The position numbers and the translations under genes were made by a program. A stretch of DNA of 64,000 nucleotides from Phoronis australis (taxonomy: Eukaryota > Animalia > Phoronida): contig NMRA01000056.1 in assembly GCA_002633005.1 (NCBI GenBank), positions 813,024 to 877,023 on the forward strand. The letters are read 5' to 3'. This document shows, piece after piece, positions 38,901-51,988 of the stretch. Below the pieces are notes generated by a model that worked only from the letters and a program-made list of their open reading frames with translations, was not told where the DNA came from and ran no database searches. The first letter of the stretch is position 1. Each line of letters opens with the position of its first letter.

Positions 38901-39000
38901 CAGGTGATGAGTTGTTGCAGCGAATGGAAATGGTTCTGAAATGCAGTTTCGACGGATAGGTTAGTTTCTAAATGATACAAAAGAAAACAGCACTTACCAT
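32916..39000 (-). CDS. LSM4: U6 snRNA-associated Sm-like protein LSm4
   Basis: ATG-only first coding exon 39000-38998 (duplicated at 40569-40567), then 36815-36774 ([14 protein letters not shown]), 35220-35122 ([33 protein letters not shown]), 34646-34469 ([29 protein letters not shown]...RGG), 32998-32916 (RGG tail, TAG). Minus-strand AATAAA at ~32575-32580. Confidence 0.97.
33460..33850. mobile_element. Tc1/mariner-type non-autonomous element in LSM4 intron 4
   Basis: Right end tttttgggacaccctgTA is a typical TA-CAGGGTGTCCCAAAA terminus; the left end gggtgttccaaaaat is degenerate. Confidence 0.5.
35359..35499. mobile_element. Short hairpin MITE
   Basis: cattcagtaacgctaggacct ... aggtcctagcgttactgagtg. 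Confidence 0.65.
37625..38074. repeat. Long imperfect inverted repeat (foldback 1, ~200-bp arms); duplicate at ~39166-39652
   Basis: gcgaattatgccttacactgactaaaacatcaa pairs with ttgatgttttagtcagtgcgaggcataattcgc; ctcgaacaaatactcc pairs with ggagtatttgttcgag. Confidence 0.9.
38116..38816. repeat. Long imperfect inverted repeat (foldback 2, ~320-bp arms); duplicate at 39685-40385
   Basis: gtcatg...catgac ends; gactagaaattccacgggtgcttcacttcag pairs with ctgaagtgaagcacccgtggaatttctagtc; loop about 60 nt. Confidence 0.92.
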
Positions 39001-42000
39001 CGTTCAGTTCTGTCACAAGTGACTCTCTTTCTGTACCTCCTACATAGAAAATCCCCGACTGGTGTCGCTAAGATCTACCTTAGCCTCGTTCTAGCCTCCA
39101 GCTAAGCGCGCAGCGGGGGTCNGCACAGACAATGACCACCATTCTACTGGCACGTAGGATGGTGGAGCTCCTATAGGCGCCTCATATGGCGGAATCTTTT
39201 CGGCGAATTATGCCTTACACTGACTAAAACATCAAAGACACATCGTTATAAATACCTTTTGCTTACAAAGAGACACCTTAGGAGGCCGTTGATGTATGTA
39301 ATTCTATCCAACTCGAACAAATACTCCAGTTACCAAACTTGTTCTTCGAGCAGTCCCTCTTTCGGTTCCCAAAATCGATAACTCACAATTTTTAACACTG
39401 CGCGTACCAGGTGGTATGACGAGTATGGTGAGTTATCAATTTTGGGAACAGAACGAGGGACTGCTCGAAGAAAAAGTTTGATAATGGGAGTATTTGTTCG
39501 AGGTGGAAGGAATTAAATACATAGATGGCCTCCAAAGCCAAGGTATCCCTCTATGCGCAAAAGGTATTTATAACAACATAGCATTGATGTTTTAGTCAGT
39601 GCGAGGCATAATTCGCTGAAAATCTTCTGGCGTATGAAGCACCTTAGGAGCTTAACAGTCAAGCCGAGTTATGACCTTTGCTTTGTCATGCCCACAGGAG
39701 TCCTCAGCTTCTGATTGTCACCAATACACTACATAATACTACAAGGTATGACACTCCTGACTAGAAATTCCACGGGTGCTTCACTTCAGTCGTTCATAGT
39801 AAACACAAAACTCAATAAATTTACACAAAACAGAGGTTCAACAAACCATGAGGAATTGTTCTTTCTCCCAATGCCATTTATGGTGTCCTGCTTCACCTAG
39901 TTAGCAAGAAATTCGCAGTCAAAGCACAACAATATTCCCAAAAAGTCCGTCCGGAGAATCTCCTTTGTAAATCGAAGGTCAAGGACGATTATTATGGAAT
40001 TATCTTATCACGGAAAGTTATGAAATCGTGACAATCGGCAATTGCCGTTGATCTGAAACTCATCTGATAATTCCATAATAATCGTCCTTGACCTTCGATT
40101 TACATAGGAGTTTCTCCACACGGGCTTTTTGGGAAAATTTTTGTGCTATTGACAGCGAATTTCTTGCGAACTGGGTGAAGCAGGACACCGTGGCGTAAAT
40201 GGGAGAAAGAACGATTCCTCATGGTTTGTTGAACCCCTGTTTTGTGTAAACTTATTGAGTTTTGTGTTTGCTATGGAAGTCTGAAGTGAAGCACCCGTGG
40301 AATTTCTAGTCGGGAGTGTCATACCTTGTAGTATTACATAGTGTATTGTGGACGATCAGAAGCTGAGGAAGCCTGTGGTCATGACTCATGAGTCATGTCC
40401 AGTTGGTTGCACACTACACCGGTTCTTATTTTCATGAGTTACCAAGGTGAATAAGCCACAAACGTATTTCAGGTGATGAGTTGTTGCAGCGAATGGAAAT
40501 GGTTCTGAAATGCAGTTTCGACGGATAGGTTAGTTTCTAAATGATACAAAAGAAAACAGCACTTACCATCGTTCAGTTCTGTCACAAGTGACTCTCTTTC
40601 TGTACCTCCTACATAGAAAATCCCCGACTGGTGTCGCTAAGATCTACCTTAGCCTCGTTCTAGCCTCCAGCTAAGCGCGCAGCGGGGGTCCCTCCTATTG
40701 ACAAGGTGCCCGCAGGTGTGGGTCAAAAATTGCGGTTAGGTGGAATTTTTTTTAGAATGTTTTGCGGGATCTACGTGGGGTACAAAAGACCACCAAATTT
40801 CCAGTTCGCCCCCGCACTAGGCTAATACTCACTCAGTACGTGCATCGGCCGCCTCAGCCCCGTACTGACCGGTCTTCGCCTACAGAAAAATCTACCCCGC
40901 GAAAGGAGGTGGGAATTAACAACCTGGCAATCGCAACACGGTGTCTACCAGCAATATCTGGTACACGCCCGCTGGCACCATGAGTGACCCCCTCGCGGGC
41001 GGGAGAGTCGGGGAGACCCATTTCGACTCCCACCGAAGGTTGTGACCTCCAGTCGGGGCACAATTGGCTATAGATGTAGAATTGAAATTCGACCACTGCC
41101 GAAGGAGCGTTAGTACTCGCAAAAGTGAATGATCCTGGTTGGTTTTCACCTTGAAAAGCGGCGACCCGAGAGTTAATTGGTGGTTTTCCGACGGGGTTTC
41201 TAAACGTACCACGGACAGTAGGCCCCTTTTGCCAACTGAACATCCCATTTCTTTCGGCTAGGCCATGCTTGATGGTCTAAACTAGTACTGATATCAGTTA
41301 AAATGACCCGTATGTATTTTTTAAACTATTAAATGACAAGTACTCATCGCTTGGCAAATCGTACCATTTCAAACCTTGCTTACCTTTATCTTGCTTGCCT
41401 TTGTGCACTGGAGCCTTTCAAAAATATACCGTCCACACTGGAGCCTCAATTGACTGGACATGCCAACCCAAACAACAAAAATGTGATACTGAATAAAAGA
41501 TTTCCATAGTCCGAAATCGAAGGGTGGTAGCTTAAAGAACTTGAAGACGTTTTTTTTTGTGAATCAATACATTACCACTTTCGGATTGTTTGGTCTTACT
41601 GACGAAAATGTCGACACTTTACCTCAAAGTCCGAATTCCAAGTTCGGAGTACATATTCGTAAACCATTTTTTATCAAAAAGGTGTTGTTTTTGCGACCCG
41701 ATACCAGACTGAGATTAGTAAGGTTTTTTATAGCCATGTACATATCCGAATCAACTTATTGTCTATTAGTTTTTCTGATTAATGCTCACGGTAGTGGCAA
41801 TCGTAAACCATCATCACATGATTTTTATGCACAAGATTAACTAGCTGCTAAACCGTAAGGATGCCACCGGAATGAACAAGACGATTTCACTTTAACACGC
41901 ACAGGCCTGCAAATTTTCTTGGGGTGCCCCAGTCCCCAAGCTTTTTGTTCGTTTTTGCCTGATTGGGTCTTAGCGACATTTGTGCAATATTGGATCTGAT

Positions 42001-43652
42001 GTTTCGTCATATTTTCATGATGTGAAAACGTAATTTTAAAAATTTGACTTGTTATTTAACATCGCAATCTTGATGACGTCAAAGGCACACGCCAAACACA
42101 ATCCGTGGGCGGCGCAGCACTGAAATAAGTGGGGGCTCCCAGTATTTTGCCTTTTTACGAGTCTGGCTTAGAGAAGGACATGAAGTTCAAGTTGACAGAG
42201 ACTCATATTCAGACACGAAACTTATTGGCGAGGTAAGGCGATTTGCCCATTGATTTGTCCACTTTTGTGAACACAACTGTCGACCGGGAAAAGGGAGGAG
42301 CTTAATTGCGACGTCATGAAGATCGACTCAGTGGAGACGGAAGTTGTTCGTTGCTCTCCGGTGAGCGGGTGTGTATAGTGGGTGGAACACTTTATGAACT
42401 TATCAAGGTCAATATAGTGAGCTTCACCCGTTCACTGCAGTTGCGTATACCAGGGGGTGAGGGGCGGTCCGCCTCGGGCGTCAGCCTTTAATTGTCGAAT
42501 AACCATTGTCGTCACTAATTGTATGCGTCCCCTACATTTTCGTTGCCTCCTTCCGCGGTCACCAACTAATTTTCGGCGACCCCAGTGTTATCATTTGAAG
42601 AGCCACAACTCTAGAGCTCGGTTCGTAGGTTTGGTAATTCTTTGCTTTCAGATGGGACGTGAGCAGAAGCGAAACTAGTGTTTCATGTTTTCCCATTTTT
42701 TATTAGCATAAGATCAGTTGATACAATGATGAATTACCGGAAAACAAGTTCCCCACAAGGTAAACGTTTCATTCACTCGTGACATTCACATGTCCAGTCG
42801 TTGTTTACCATAATACAGACTCGACAATCAATTTATTTACTGTCTGGAAAAATGAACATTTCGTTATTGTTATATAATCGCCATTTTTACAGTAACTGTA
42901 TTTTTATCTAACCATGAATAAAGTAACAGGTCTATTTTTCCATAGACGCAGTCTACATGCAATATTTTACTTAAACTTAACCCAAGTTGGTAGTTGAATA
43001 GCTCTCAGTAAACCTGAAAAACAGTTTGATGATATTTACGTGTAGCACCGTGTGACGGTATTTACTGAAATGTCACAGAATTCTAGAAACTTTTGGGGAC
43101 GGTGAATGACAAAATGAATACGAACGAGTAGACGTTTCCGGAGTCAATCCACAGAATCTGCCAGCACAGAAGACGCAGATCCATATTTCATACAACAAGT
43201 ACGACGGGTGTTAGAAGAATCTTATGAACGATTCTGAGATGACAATGGCAGACAAATTCATCACTTGAATAATCATATGATTGTACTGGCGTTAGTCCAC
43301 GAAAACCGTTTAACCTGGGTTTTGGTTAAATACATATGTTTTACAAATTGATCCTGAACATCTGTCTGGTCAATACTTTCCAAGCCAAGGGACAGTTTCG
43401 AAGCAACTCTTTATTTCTTGAACTTGACTGGCTTACCCAAGCCAATGCCTTTCGAATTTCATAAAGCGTTATTATCATCAAAGATCGAATTTAATGAATG
43501 TTTATTACTGAACGATTCAAAATCCACTAATTACTATTCACTACTTCAAAACAATGTAAAATTTCGGATTCAGGCATAATTTTTATACTTTTACATGCAA
43601 AAAATAAACGATACTTCGGTTATTAGATACACTGGGTGGTGTACCTAAACCG

Positions 43653-44151
43653 GAAACAACGCGCGAGTTCTGAAACACTTTGCTTGGATTTCAGTGGGCA
43701 TGCGAAATTACCCGCATGTCATACGAATACTGAAAAAATGAGTACATACTTGTATTTTTAAAAGAACGTGGAGTAGGAATGTTAGTGAATTATCAACCAC
43801 GATACATTCATCAAATCCATATGTCAAGGTCGCAAGTTTCGGGCTGCCGCGCCTCAACCGCCGAGTCGAAACTGGATGCAGTTCATAGGCTACCCTGTCC
43901 CNGAAACAACGCGCGAGTTCTGAAACACTTTGCTTGGATTTCAGTGGGCATGCGAAATTACCCGCATGTCATACGAATACTGAAAAAATGAGTACATACT
44001 TGTATTTTTAAAAGAACGTGAAGTAGGAATGTTAATGAATTATCAACCACGATACATTCATCAAATCCATATGTCAAGGTCGCAAGTTTTGGGCTGCCGC
44101 GCCTCAACCGCCGAGTCGAAACTGGATGCAGTTCATAGGCTACCCTGTCCC
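43653..44151. repeat. 249-bp direct duplication on either side of N43902 (probable assembly overlap)
   Basis: 43653-43901 versus 43903-44151 differ at about 3 positions. Confidence 0.9.
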
Positions 44152-44465
44152 TGTCAGTCTTCAAAAGTCAGAGTCCCATTCAGTCTTCTTAAACTTAAAA
44201 CCCCCCTTTGATCACCACAGCCCTGAGCCGTGCCCCAAATGGTGTCCCAGCTTGAGAATGAGTCTTTAGTTAGATTCAAGAATCACCGGCGATTGGCAGT
44301 GATTGGAACTGAGCTCATTTGTAAACAGTGTTTAAATAACAAGTCAACTTTGCTCACTGTTCAAATGATTACTAAATGTACACGAACACAATACTTTATT
44401 CATGCCAGTGCCGACTCATTAGAAGACAATCAGAGTAATAAACTGTCTGAGTTCTGATTTCAGAA

Positions 44466-44594
44466 GTAGTGAACCTACGGAGTAGTTGACCTTCGTAGTA
44501 GTGAACCTACGGAATAGTTGACCTTCGTAGTTAGTGAACCTACGGAGTAGTTGACCTTCGTAGTAGTGAACCTACGGAATAGTGACATGTAACC
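44466..44594. repeat. Minisatellite of 16-bp subunits arranged as 32-bp dimers
   Basis: tagtgaacctacgga(g/a) alternates with tagttgaccttcgtag, ending in agtgacatgtaacc. Confidence 0.9.
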
Positions 44595-45276
44595 TTAGAA
44601 ATCTCTTGTTGCTCGTATAACGTCTGCGAGGCTGTGTACCACTGACACTGATTGACAAGAAAAGACTTCTTCATTGACCAACGTTTTTATTAGGTCTAGA
44701 CCTACTTTTCCATAATACTGTTAGATGCTAGTCGGGGTTTTCTCAGTGCGTGAAAACAGTAGTTCAATGTCTGGTTTGAGAGCAACGACGGAGAATTGCC
44801 TGTAGTGACCTTACCGTCGGTGTGTACAGTGCTGTAGTGGAGCGTAGGCTCACTTAGGCCTAGGCCCAGTCAACCTTCTTTTGGCATTTAACCGTAGCGC
44901 CTAGGCACCGTAAGCTACGTTAGCGAATTCAGAACACTTTTAAAATTCAGTGCCCAAGGTGATACGGCAGGCATTGGGCGCCTACTTGCCTCTAATTTTA
45001 CCACTACAGCATCATGCGTGTGTACTGACTTTAAAATAATGAAATCCCACAAAACTGTACATGAGCTTGGTCCGATCCCAGGAGTCTCTCCTCCTATTTT
45101 AACTATGGAACAATTCGAGACCAATTTCATAACCATACGAGGACTAAATCAAAACTTGTTTTGACGGAAGGCAGCGATTTAATGCAGCTGTAAGAAAAGG
45201 GTTTTGGAGACTGTGTGTGTTTGTGTGTTTGTGCAAGCAGTACAGCCTCGCACACCAAGGACCACGACCGGACGAC

Positions 45277-48200
45277 TCAATCGTTGTTTGTCACGTCTCT
45301 GTGCGTCAGTTGAGCCGTGGTGCCGTAAGAGACGGTGGGCTTTGGCTGTGGACACCGTACAGTAGTAGACACCAGTAGGTCAGTTTGGTCACTGTCGGAG
45401 GGAAAATCCTCAAGAAATTCATAATGATGCTGATTCGCCTTTTTCTCTTTACTGTGTTTTATTCCATACAGGAAATAAATCAGTAAACCTGAAACAGAAA
45501 ATTGAGCTGCTGACGTGTTATGCCGCCACCATCATAGGGTATTGGTCAATTTACACAATGACTTCGAACGCATATTGAATACCCCGAGTGTGAACAGACA
45601 TTTTATTAAGTGTATTGCGTATAAGATAACGTCAAATGGAAGTTGATGAATATAGTATCGATCGACTTTGGGCTGCGTCGTAAATAAGAATGAAGACAGT
45701 CGCCACTATTTAAACCTATCAATATCCGACATAATCCGTAGGGAAAATAGTACACTCTAAATGTTTAACACTGCTCCATTAAAAATGATGGACCCGCCTC
45801 ACCCCTTTATGCCACGGAAGTAAAATTTGATGCCTATACATATGCTATGAATGAATGCATGACATACTGTGATTATTTTTGTAACAGGTTTTACCAGAAA
45901 GCTGCGTTGGACCTATTTTAGGGTTAAACCACGTTTGATTCAGAATTCAGACCACACCGTTGAAAATGGTCGAATTTACAGGAGCTTTAACTTTGTTGCA
46001 ATCGAATTGAATAACTACATGAGCCAATCATATCGCAAGATATTGTTTAATTTACGAGATCCAAGCGGCGAGCGTAAGCGCGTCGCATGGTTATCACCTA
46101 TGGGACACTTTCATTTGTTTTCCTTTGTTGTGTCTTTGTTCGACATAACAATACAGGTAGCATGGATATCGCACCTTGGACGCACATCAGCCAGTTACCG
46201 ATAAATGCTTGCCATTATTTTTATTACAAGAAAGAAAAACAAAGTGAACAAAGGATACGCCAATCTGTCGTTATCTATGCGACGAGCTTGCGACCTAGCT
46301 TCATTTACTCCTCATCGGATTTTGTTTATAAAAAATATTCTGAAATTCCGCAATTGTACAACAAAATTAATTTTTTTCTGTATGGATGTCAAGAACTTAA
46401 CTCAAACGAAAATAAGGTTTTATTTGAAATAGTATCAGAATTTCTTTATAACATTAAATCTCTTTGTGTGAGTGGATAGAATTTTATACATTTGTATGAA
46501 AATGAATTATTTTCATTCGTTGTCATATTTCATTGTATTCTTAACATCAGTTTTTTTATTTATGTATTCGCATATAATCATTGTATATAGACTTCTTTGT
46601 ATTTTTTACCCAGATCTAATGCCTCTTGGCGCTTTCTGGGTTATGTATATTCATTGTATTCTGAAGATTTCGTAATAAACATTAAAAAAAAAATTCAGCA
46701 GCGTTCTTGTAACTACCGTAAACGGGGGACCGGTGGTCCCCGATAGCTCAGAAGACTAAAGCGTTTGCATGATTTGCAGAAAGTCCCGGATTCGAGCACT
46801 AGACAGAACAGAGATCTTTTCAGATTTAGTTCAGGGTCACGTGATGTGACCAACTATGACGTGTAAGAAGACTAATAATTCTTACTCATATCGTAAGCGA
46901 GAGTTTTATGAAGTCAAGGAGCCATAAATGCAAGCAAGTATATACCAACAGAAACGATTCTTTTCGAATTGTCGTGATGTAGTGGTTTTTAAAAAACAAA
47001 CATGGACCGATTCGGAGGTTATAAGGACCGAGGGAGAGCAATGCCGAAGGCTGAGGGCAACATTGCTCTCCCGAGATCCATATTGCATCAGGTTCGGTCT
47101 ACACACAGTAGGCCACACAATGTAGTTCAATAACGTGGAAGTACGGTAATGTACTACACAAGTACACCTTACCTATTGCCATCCAGATGACGAATCGTAA
47201 GTAGTTCACTGGTGTCAGTTTTGTGATGAGAAATAAGTTTAGAATTATACTGAGTGAGGGTAGAAACGGAACGAAGGGGACCTGCAAAAATAAACAGAGT
47301 TTACAATTCAACAGGACAATTATTGGTGAAATGCAAAGCCCCACGTGTTTTATGATTCAGTGTCAGGCTTGGTCAAGCAGTGGAAAGAACTGATGGGGAA
47401 GCGGATGGGAAAGACGGACCTTTAAATTGGAATGGTGGATTCAAAAACGGAAACAGAATGAGTGTCTTGATTCGATTGTGTTTCTAATGTCAATGCAAAA
47501 TTTTGAGACCACTGGATTCGAATTTGTAGCGATAGGCCTAATTAAGTGCCCTAGTTCTTTTTTCGAACAACTGGAAAAATTGAAGTCTTGAAGCTGTTTT
47601 AGATTTTAACTTTCTTATCGCTGTGGTTACGATTTGTTCTCCACTCAAAGTCGAAGTGATTTGTGGGCTCGGGAACAACTGACAATATATTTGTTATTGC
47701 ATGACGTCATACTCGGCATATAAAACGACCACTAGCGGAGTCGGATGAAACCAACTTACTGAACCTCATCCCAAGAACAACAAATTGGCCTTCCCCAACG
47801 TCTAATCTGAGTTGGTCATATAACGGTAAGTAATTTGTAGTCTAGTCCAAACCTAATTTATTGACATAAAGCGGTTTTAAAGCACCTTTAATTGGGCTGT
47901 AAATCTAATCATTAAAGCTGCTATAGCCCGTTTCCGGTCACAAAAACTACGTTTGATCTAGACCACTTACAGTTATGGTCGCAAATTGTCCCTTGGTCAA
48001 ATTAGAGGTGATTTGTGAGCTTGGAGAGAACTGTTTCTGTTAGTTGGCTTGTCAGGGCGGGTCATTTTATGCGCCGAGTAGGCCTATGGTGTCAATCAAT
48101 GAAAAAGTGTCATTTTTGAAAGCCCAGAAACCACCTCTAGTTTGTAAAACAAACAAGATGAGATCAATTTTACAGTGGAAAGCGGTTTGAATCAAAAGTT

Positions 48201-49787
48201 TTTGCGGATTTGTTGCGTTCTTACCTTGAACGTGGCATGATCGATCTTCCTGCATTCATAAAGGTACATGGTCCCTACAGAGCCGATGACAGCCGACAGC
48301 AAGATGACAAATAACATCCACGCCCACCAGTGGCCTTTCCCTAACTGACTTTCGCCGTATCTTATCAGCAACCAAAAGCCAGTGCTAAAAACCAACAAGC
48401 AGAAAACGGCTACAGTGACGACCACTCCTGGTCGACAAGTACGAAGGAGAGGTAAATTCACAAAGCGCGGTTTAAGATGGCCAGCCATCTCGTTTTCTTT
48501 GTCTTTTTCTTCTGGTTTATGATAAAGAATGTCTATCGGTGAATAACGGTGGAGAAGTAAGCTGATAGCGACGATAATGTACGACGTCAAAATCCCTAAC
48601 GCCAAAAACTGCGTTAAGAATTCCAGATTAAAAAACATGGCGGTAACTGCAGCGAAAATGGCGCAAGCTGCAACTGCTGTACCTGGCACCTGGCGCTTTC
48701 GGCTGACGTTTGCAAATATCTCAAAGAAGAGGCCGTCAGAGGCCATTGCATAAACAATTCTCGGTAAAGTGTAGCTGGTGACCAGTAGACTAGCGCTCGT
48801 ACTGATCAATGACGAGGATGCAACGAGGTATCCCGCCCACAGGATTCCATTTTCTTTAAATGCTAGTGAAAACGCGCTCTCGACGTGAATGGCATAGTAT
48901 GGGACCAAAAACGCCAGTACCATAGACATAATGAAGTATAGCACCGTAGATGCTGCTGTCGCAGAAAATATTGCAAATGGAACTGATCTAGCTGGGTTTA
49001 TGGCCTCTTCCGCTGCAACAGTAATAGCGTCTAATCCGTTGTATGCATAGAAACAGGTGGCAGCCCCGGCAAATACACCGTTCACTCCAAACGGAAATAT
49101 CCCACCAGTGTGTTGTTCGGCAAAGTTACTGGCATTGGCAAAGTAGAAGCCGAGAATGGTGGTGAAAGCTGTTAAGCACAGGTTGATAGTTGTTAATATG
49201 CACATGGATATCACGGTCGGCGTGGCTCCAGCGCACACGAGTATACCAGCTAGTAACACCACCGTAAAGGCTATAAAATCTGGTCTTGCAGCAAGTATAG
49301 CACCGCCATTAAGATCTGCCAGAGATTGATTTGCCCAACGCGATATCGTGTTGTTCACGATATTGTCTAAACTGGCACTGAAAGCTATACCAATGGAAGA
49401 TAGACCCAGCAAATATTCCAGGATGATATTCCAACCGGCGATAAAAGCAAACAATTCTCCAGCCACGACGTAGGCATACGTGTAGGCTGATCCGGCTTTA
49501 GGAATCTGAGCCGCAAACTCCGCGAAACATGCAGCCGACAAGAGCGCAATGAATCCGGCTATCAGGAAACTGAGAAATGTCCCCGACCCAGCCACGTGTT
49601 TGGTGACGTTGCCAATGATCACAAAATTGGTCATGCCGAGTGTTGCACCTATACCCAGTAAGGTAAGCTCTAGTGTAGTGAGGCATCGTCTTAACGGTGT
49701 GATCAACTGGCTGTCGTCGCTAATTTTCTTAAGTCGGAATATACTGTCCAAATAACCGACTTTTTCCTGTTTTGCCCAATCACTCAT
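45277..49787 (-). CDS. Cationic amino acid transporter family protein (SLC7 CAT clade, SLC7A4/SLC7A14-like), ~627 aa
   Basis: Exons 49787-48225, 47281-47173 (VPFVPFLPSLSIILNLFLITKL...RFVIWMAI), 45488-45277 (GLLIYFLYGIKHSKE...NND*), in phase. Motifs LRRCLTT, PKAGSAYTYAY, AFIAGWNIILEY, EEAINP, PRIVYAMASDGL, FKVPFVP; multiple TM helices. Confidence 0.93.
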
Positions 49788-51152
49788 CTGAAAATAAACA
49801 TCCATATTTATCATCATCTTGTATCAATAACGACACTTGTTTTTAAACACGTGAGTATAGAAAAACATTATTGGGTAAAATAACAGTTTGATTTCGGATG
49901 TTTAGTGGTGACGTGTCATGGCAGTAGATGACACAATTTCGACCCGGAAATAATAATAGACATGCCGTCATACTGGATCCAAAACGTCTTAATGACGTCA
50001 TGCTAAACATTCGTATAGATTTGCAGCAAGTTTTATTCCATATCGATAGTTACGTAAGCCTTGTCTTCTCTTGTTCATACCACGAGTAAACCGTTGAGTG
50101 TCTGGTTGACTGAGGCAGTAGTACATGTAACTACTTTGCATACTACATGGTGGCACTCGCATGACGTTTGCATCTTTATTTCACTCTCAGTCCACCACTG
50201 AAAATCTCACCGAAGATCAGACTGATTCGGGAAAAATGACTTGAGACAGAAATTTGACCTTATGCTTCAAACAACTATTTGTGAAAAATAATTAAAATCT
50301 CACTTGAGCAAAAATGCAAAATCTGTAAGAATATACAGATAACTGCTTGTTACTGATATGATGTCTAAGTATGCTTTATTTCTAGACTGTGATAGGCCAA
50401 TAATTACTTGGCTAAATCCTCCACCAAGTGGAAACGTAAGACCGAATTTCTGTTTCACGAAGCCACCCCTGAACGCTGGGCGCAACAGGATCGAGTTACT
50501 ACCTTTTATTACACTACAGATTTCCAAATCTGGCAAACGTCGGAACATCACATCTCGGGAGATCATGTGACTGACCGGATTCATATGAAACTTTCAGATA
50601 GTATGTTTTGTACACTGTTCTCCAAAACCCTGGTAATAATTGTTTTTAAAATGTCCCACTTTAGCATGAACAGCAGTCAAAAATAGAACTTAAATGATTT
50701 TTGTGAAAAACTCTAAATTTGCGTAATATTAAAACGAATTAATATTTTAGAAAACTGTAACAGCGTTTTTGAGACCTCACCTTGAATATTTATGTGAAAT
50801 AAAATTTTATCCTGTTATCTATACCGCTGTTTTGTTATCCATGTAGCTCTTTGTTGCCAAATTTTACCAAAAAGAAATTCTATTGGCTCTCTAACTTCAG
50901 AAAATATATACTTAATATTGAGTGAATATCTATAATTTTGAAGACATATAGCTTAATACACACATTTGATAACGAGGTCCTACGTAACATAACCTTAACT
51001 TTACGGAAGTTCCGAAGCGATAGACAGGGCAAGCGTATCAACATAGTGATAAATATGGATAGTTACCACTGGACAAAAATAAATCAAATCCTACGCTAAA
51101 CTTTTACAACAACCGTAGACAACAAATTGTCACTAATCTAACTCCGTTATAC

Positions 51153-51226
51153 CTTGTACCGTCTCTTCCCGAGCTGCACACTAGCTTCGTTGGATGGAGT
51201 ATCAGAAGTGCATGTACTATTATATA
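51153..51226 (-). promoter_or_regulatory. Candidate TATA box and non-coding first exon of the SLC7 gene
   Basis: Minus-strand TATATAATA at 51226-51218 and an AAG|GTATAA donor at 51153/51152. The SLC7 ATG directly follows a ttttcag acceptor, so an upstream exon is expected. Confidence 0.35.
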
Positions 51227-51945
51227 CGACCGGCGACTATTAAACAGCTGCAACTAACTACAGATCCTGAAATATTTATTACATTATGACAAGCATGACA
51301 TTCAATTGTCACGACCCTTGTTCATTTTCGTGTTAGCATATTCAAGCCGGTGATGCGCAGTGTTCATAAATTGTTGTTTTGTCCGTTTTTCGCTCAATTC
51401 ATCAACATTAATCAACCAACCGCGATAAAGTGTACTGTAGCATCACTCGATATGATGGTGTGCCGGTCTTGGCGCCGACGAAGCATGCGTAACCAAGTGA
51501 AACAATCCCATGTGACTTGAAAATGACAAACTGTTAAAAAGGTCAAAACATTTTCGACCAAATATTTTATTAGGTTAACTGCCAATAACATGAACAATAC
51601 TCTTCTCGTAGAGGTACGTTATATATAATTATCTTTAGTCAGTGAGAGGGCAACCTCGCTCCTGCGCAGAGTCAAGGGCAGAACATATAGCCCTTTTTAA
51701 TTAACTTTATTTATCACTAATTTTGAAACAAAAAGTGGGACAGTTCATCAAGAGTGGGACAATTGGCAAGTAAAATGTACTCTGTGGATATTACAAAGCA
51801 TTGGAGTGGATTGATTTTTTAATTTTATTTCACGGTCTAGGTAAACATTTCAGATAGCACTACTGCTCAGAAATCGAATTATTATTATATATCTGGGCAA
51901 CAGGTAAACGTTGCACAAATGAATTATCATAGGAAGAATATAGCA

Positions 51946-51988
51946 CTCACACACACGCACACACAAACACACACACACACACACACAC
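51946..51988. repeat. (CA)n microsatellite ending at N51989
   Basis: Direct reading. Confidence 0.95.

Larger units (their letters stand above)
37581..40690. repeat. ~1.55-kb direct duplication on either side of N39122, including LSM4 exon 1 (probable uncollapsed haplotypes)
   Basis: 37581-39121 versus 39123-40690: near-identical with scattered SNPs and small indels. Confidence 0.9.

Noticed and set aside
38146-39900. Duplicated 61-aa ORF MSPIHYII
   Set aside because: Lies in a foldback arm within the N-centred duplication, has a non-ATG start and no motif.
40690-41270. GC-rich stretch with 110-129-aa ORFs upstream of LSM4
   Set aside because: No protein similarity recognised; more likely promoter-proximal or repeat sequence.
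42940-43500. Coding-like composition suggesting a pseudogene
   Set aside because: Frequent stops and no identifiable family.
16446-44151. Tandem duplications at N16722, N39122 and N43902 as biological events
   Set aside because: Each is centred exactly on a single N with near-identical copies, the pattern expected from overlapping contig ends or haplotypes.
44466-44594. CRISPR-like look of the 32-bp repeats (also the 55-bp array at 62719)
   Set aside because: No unique spacers, no cas genes, eukaryotic context; these are minisatellites.
3984-46805. Functional tRNA genes at 3984, 17757, 26428 and 46736
   Set aside because: Only A/B-box remnants; acceptor and anticodon stems do not pair.
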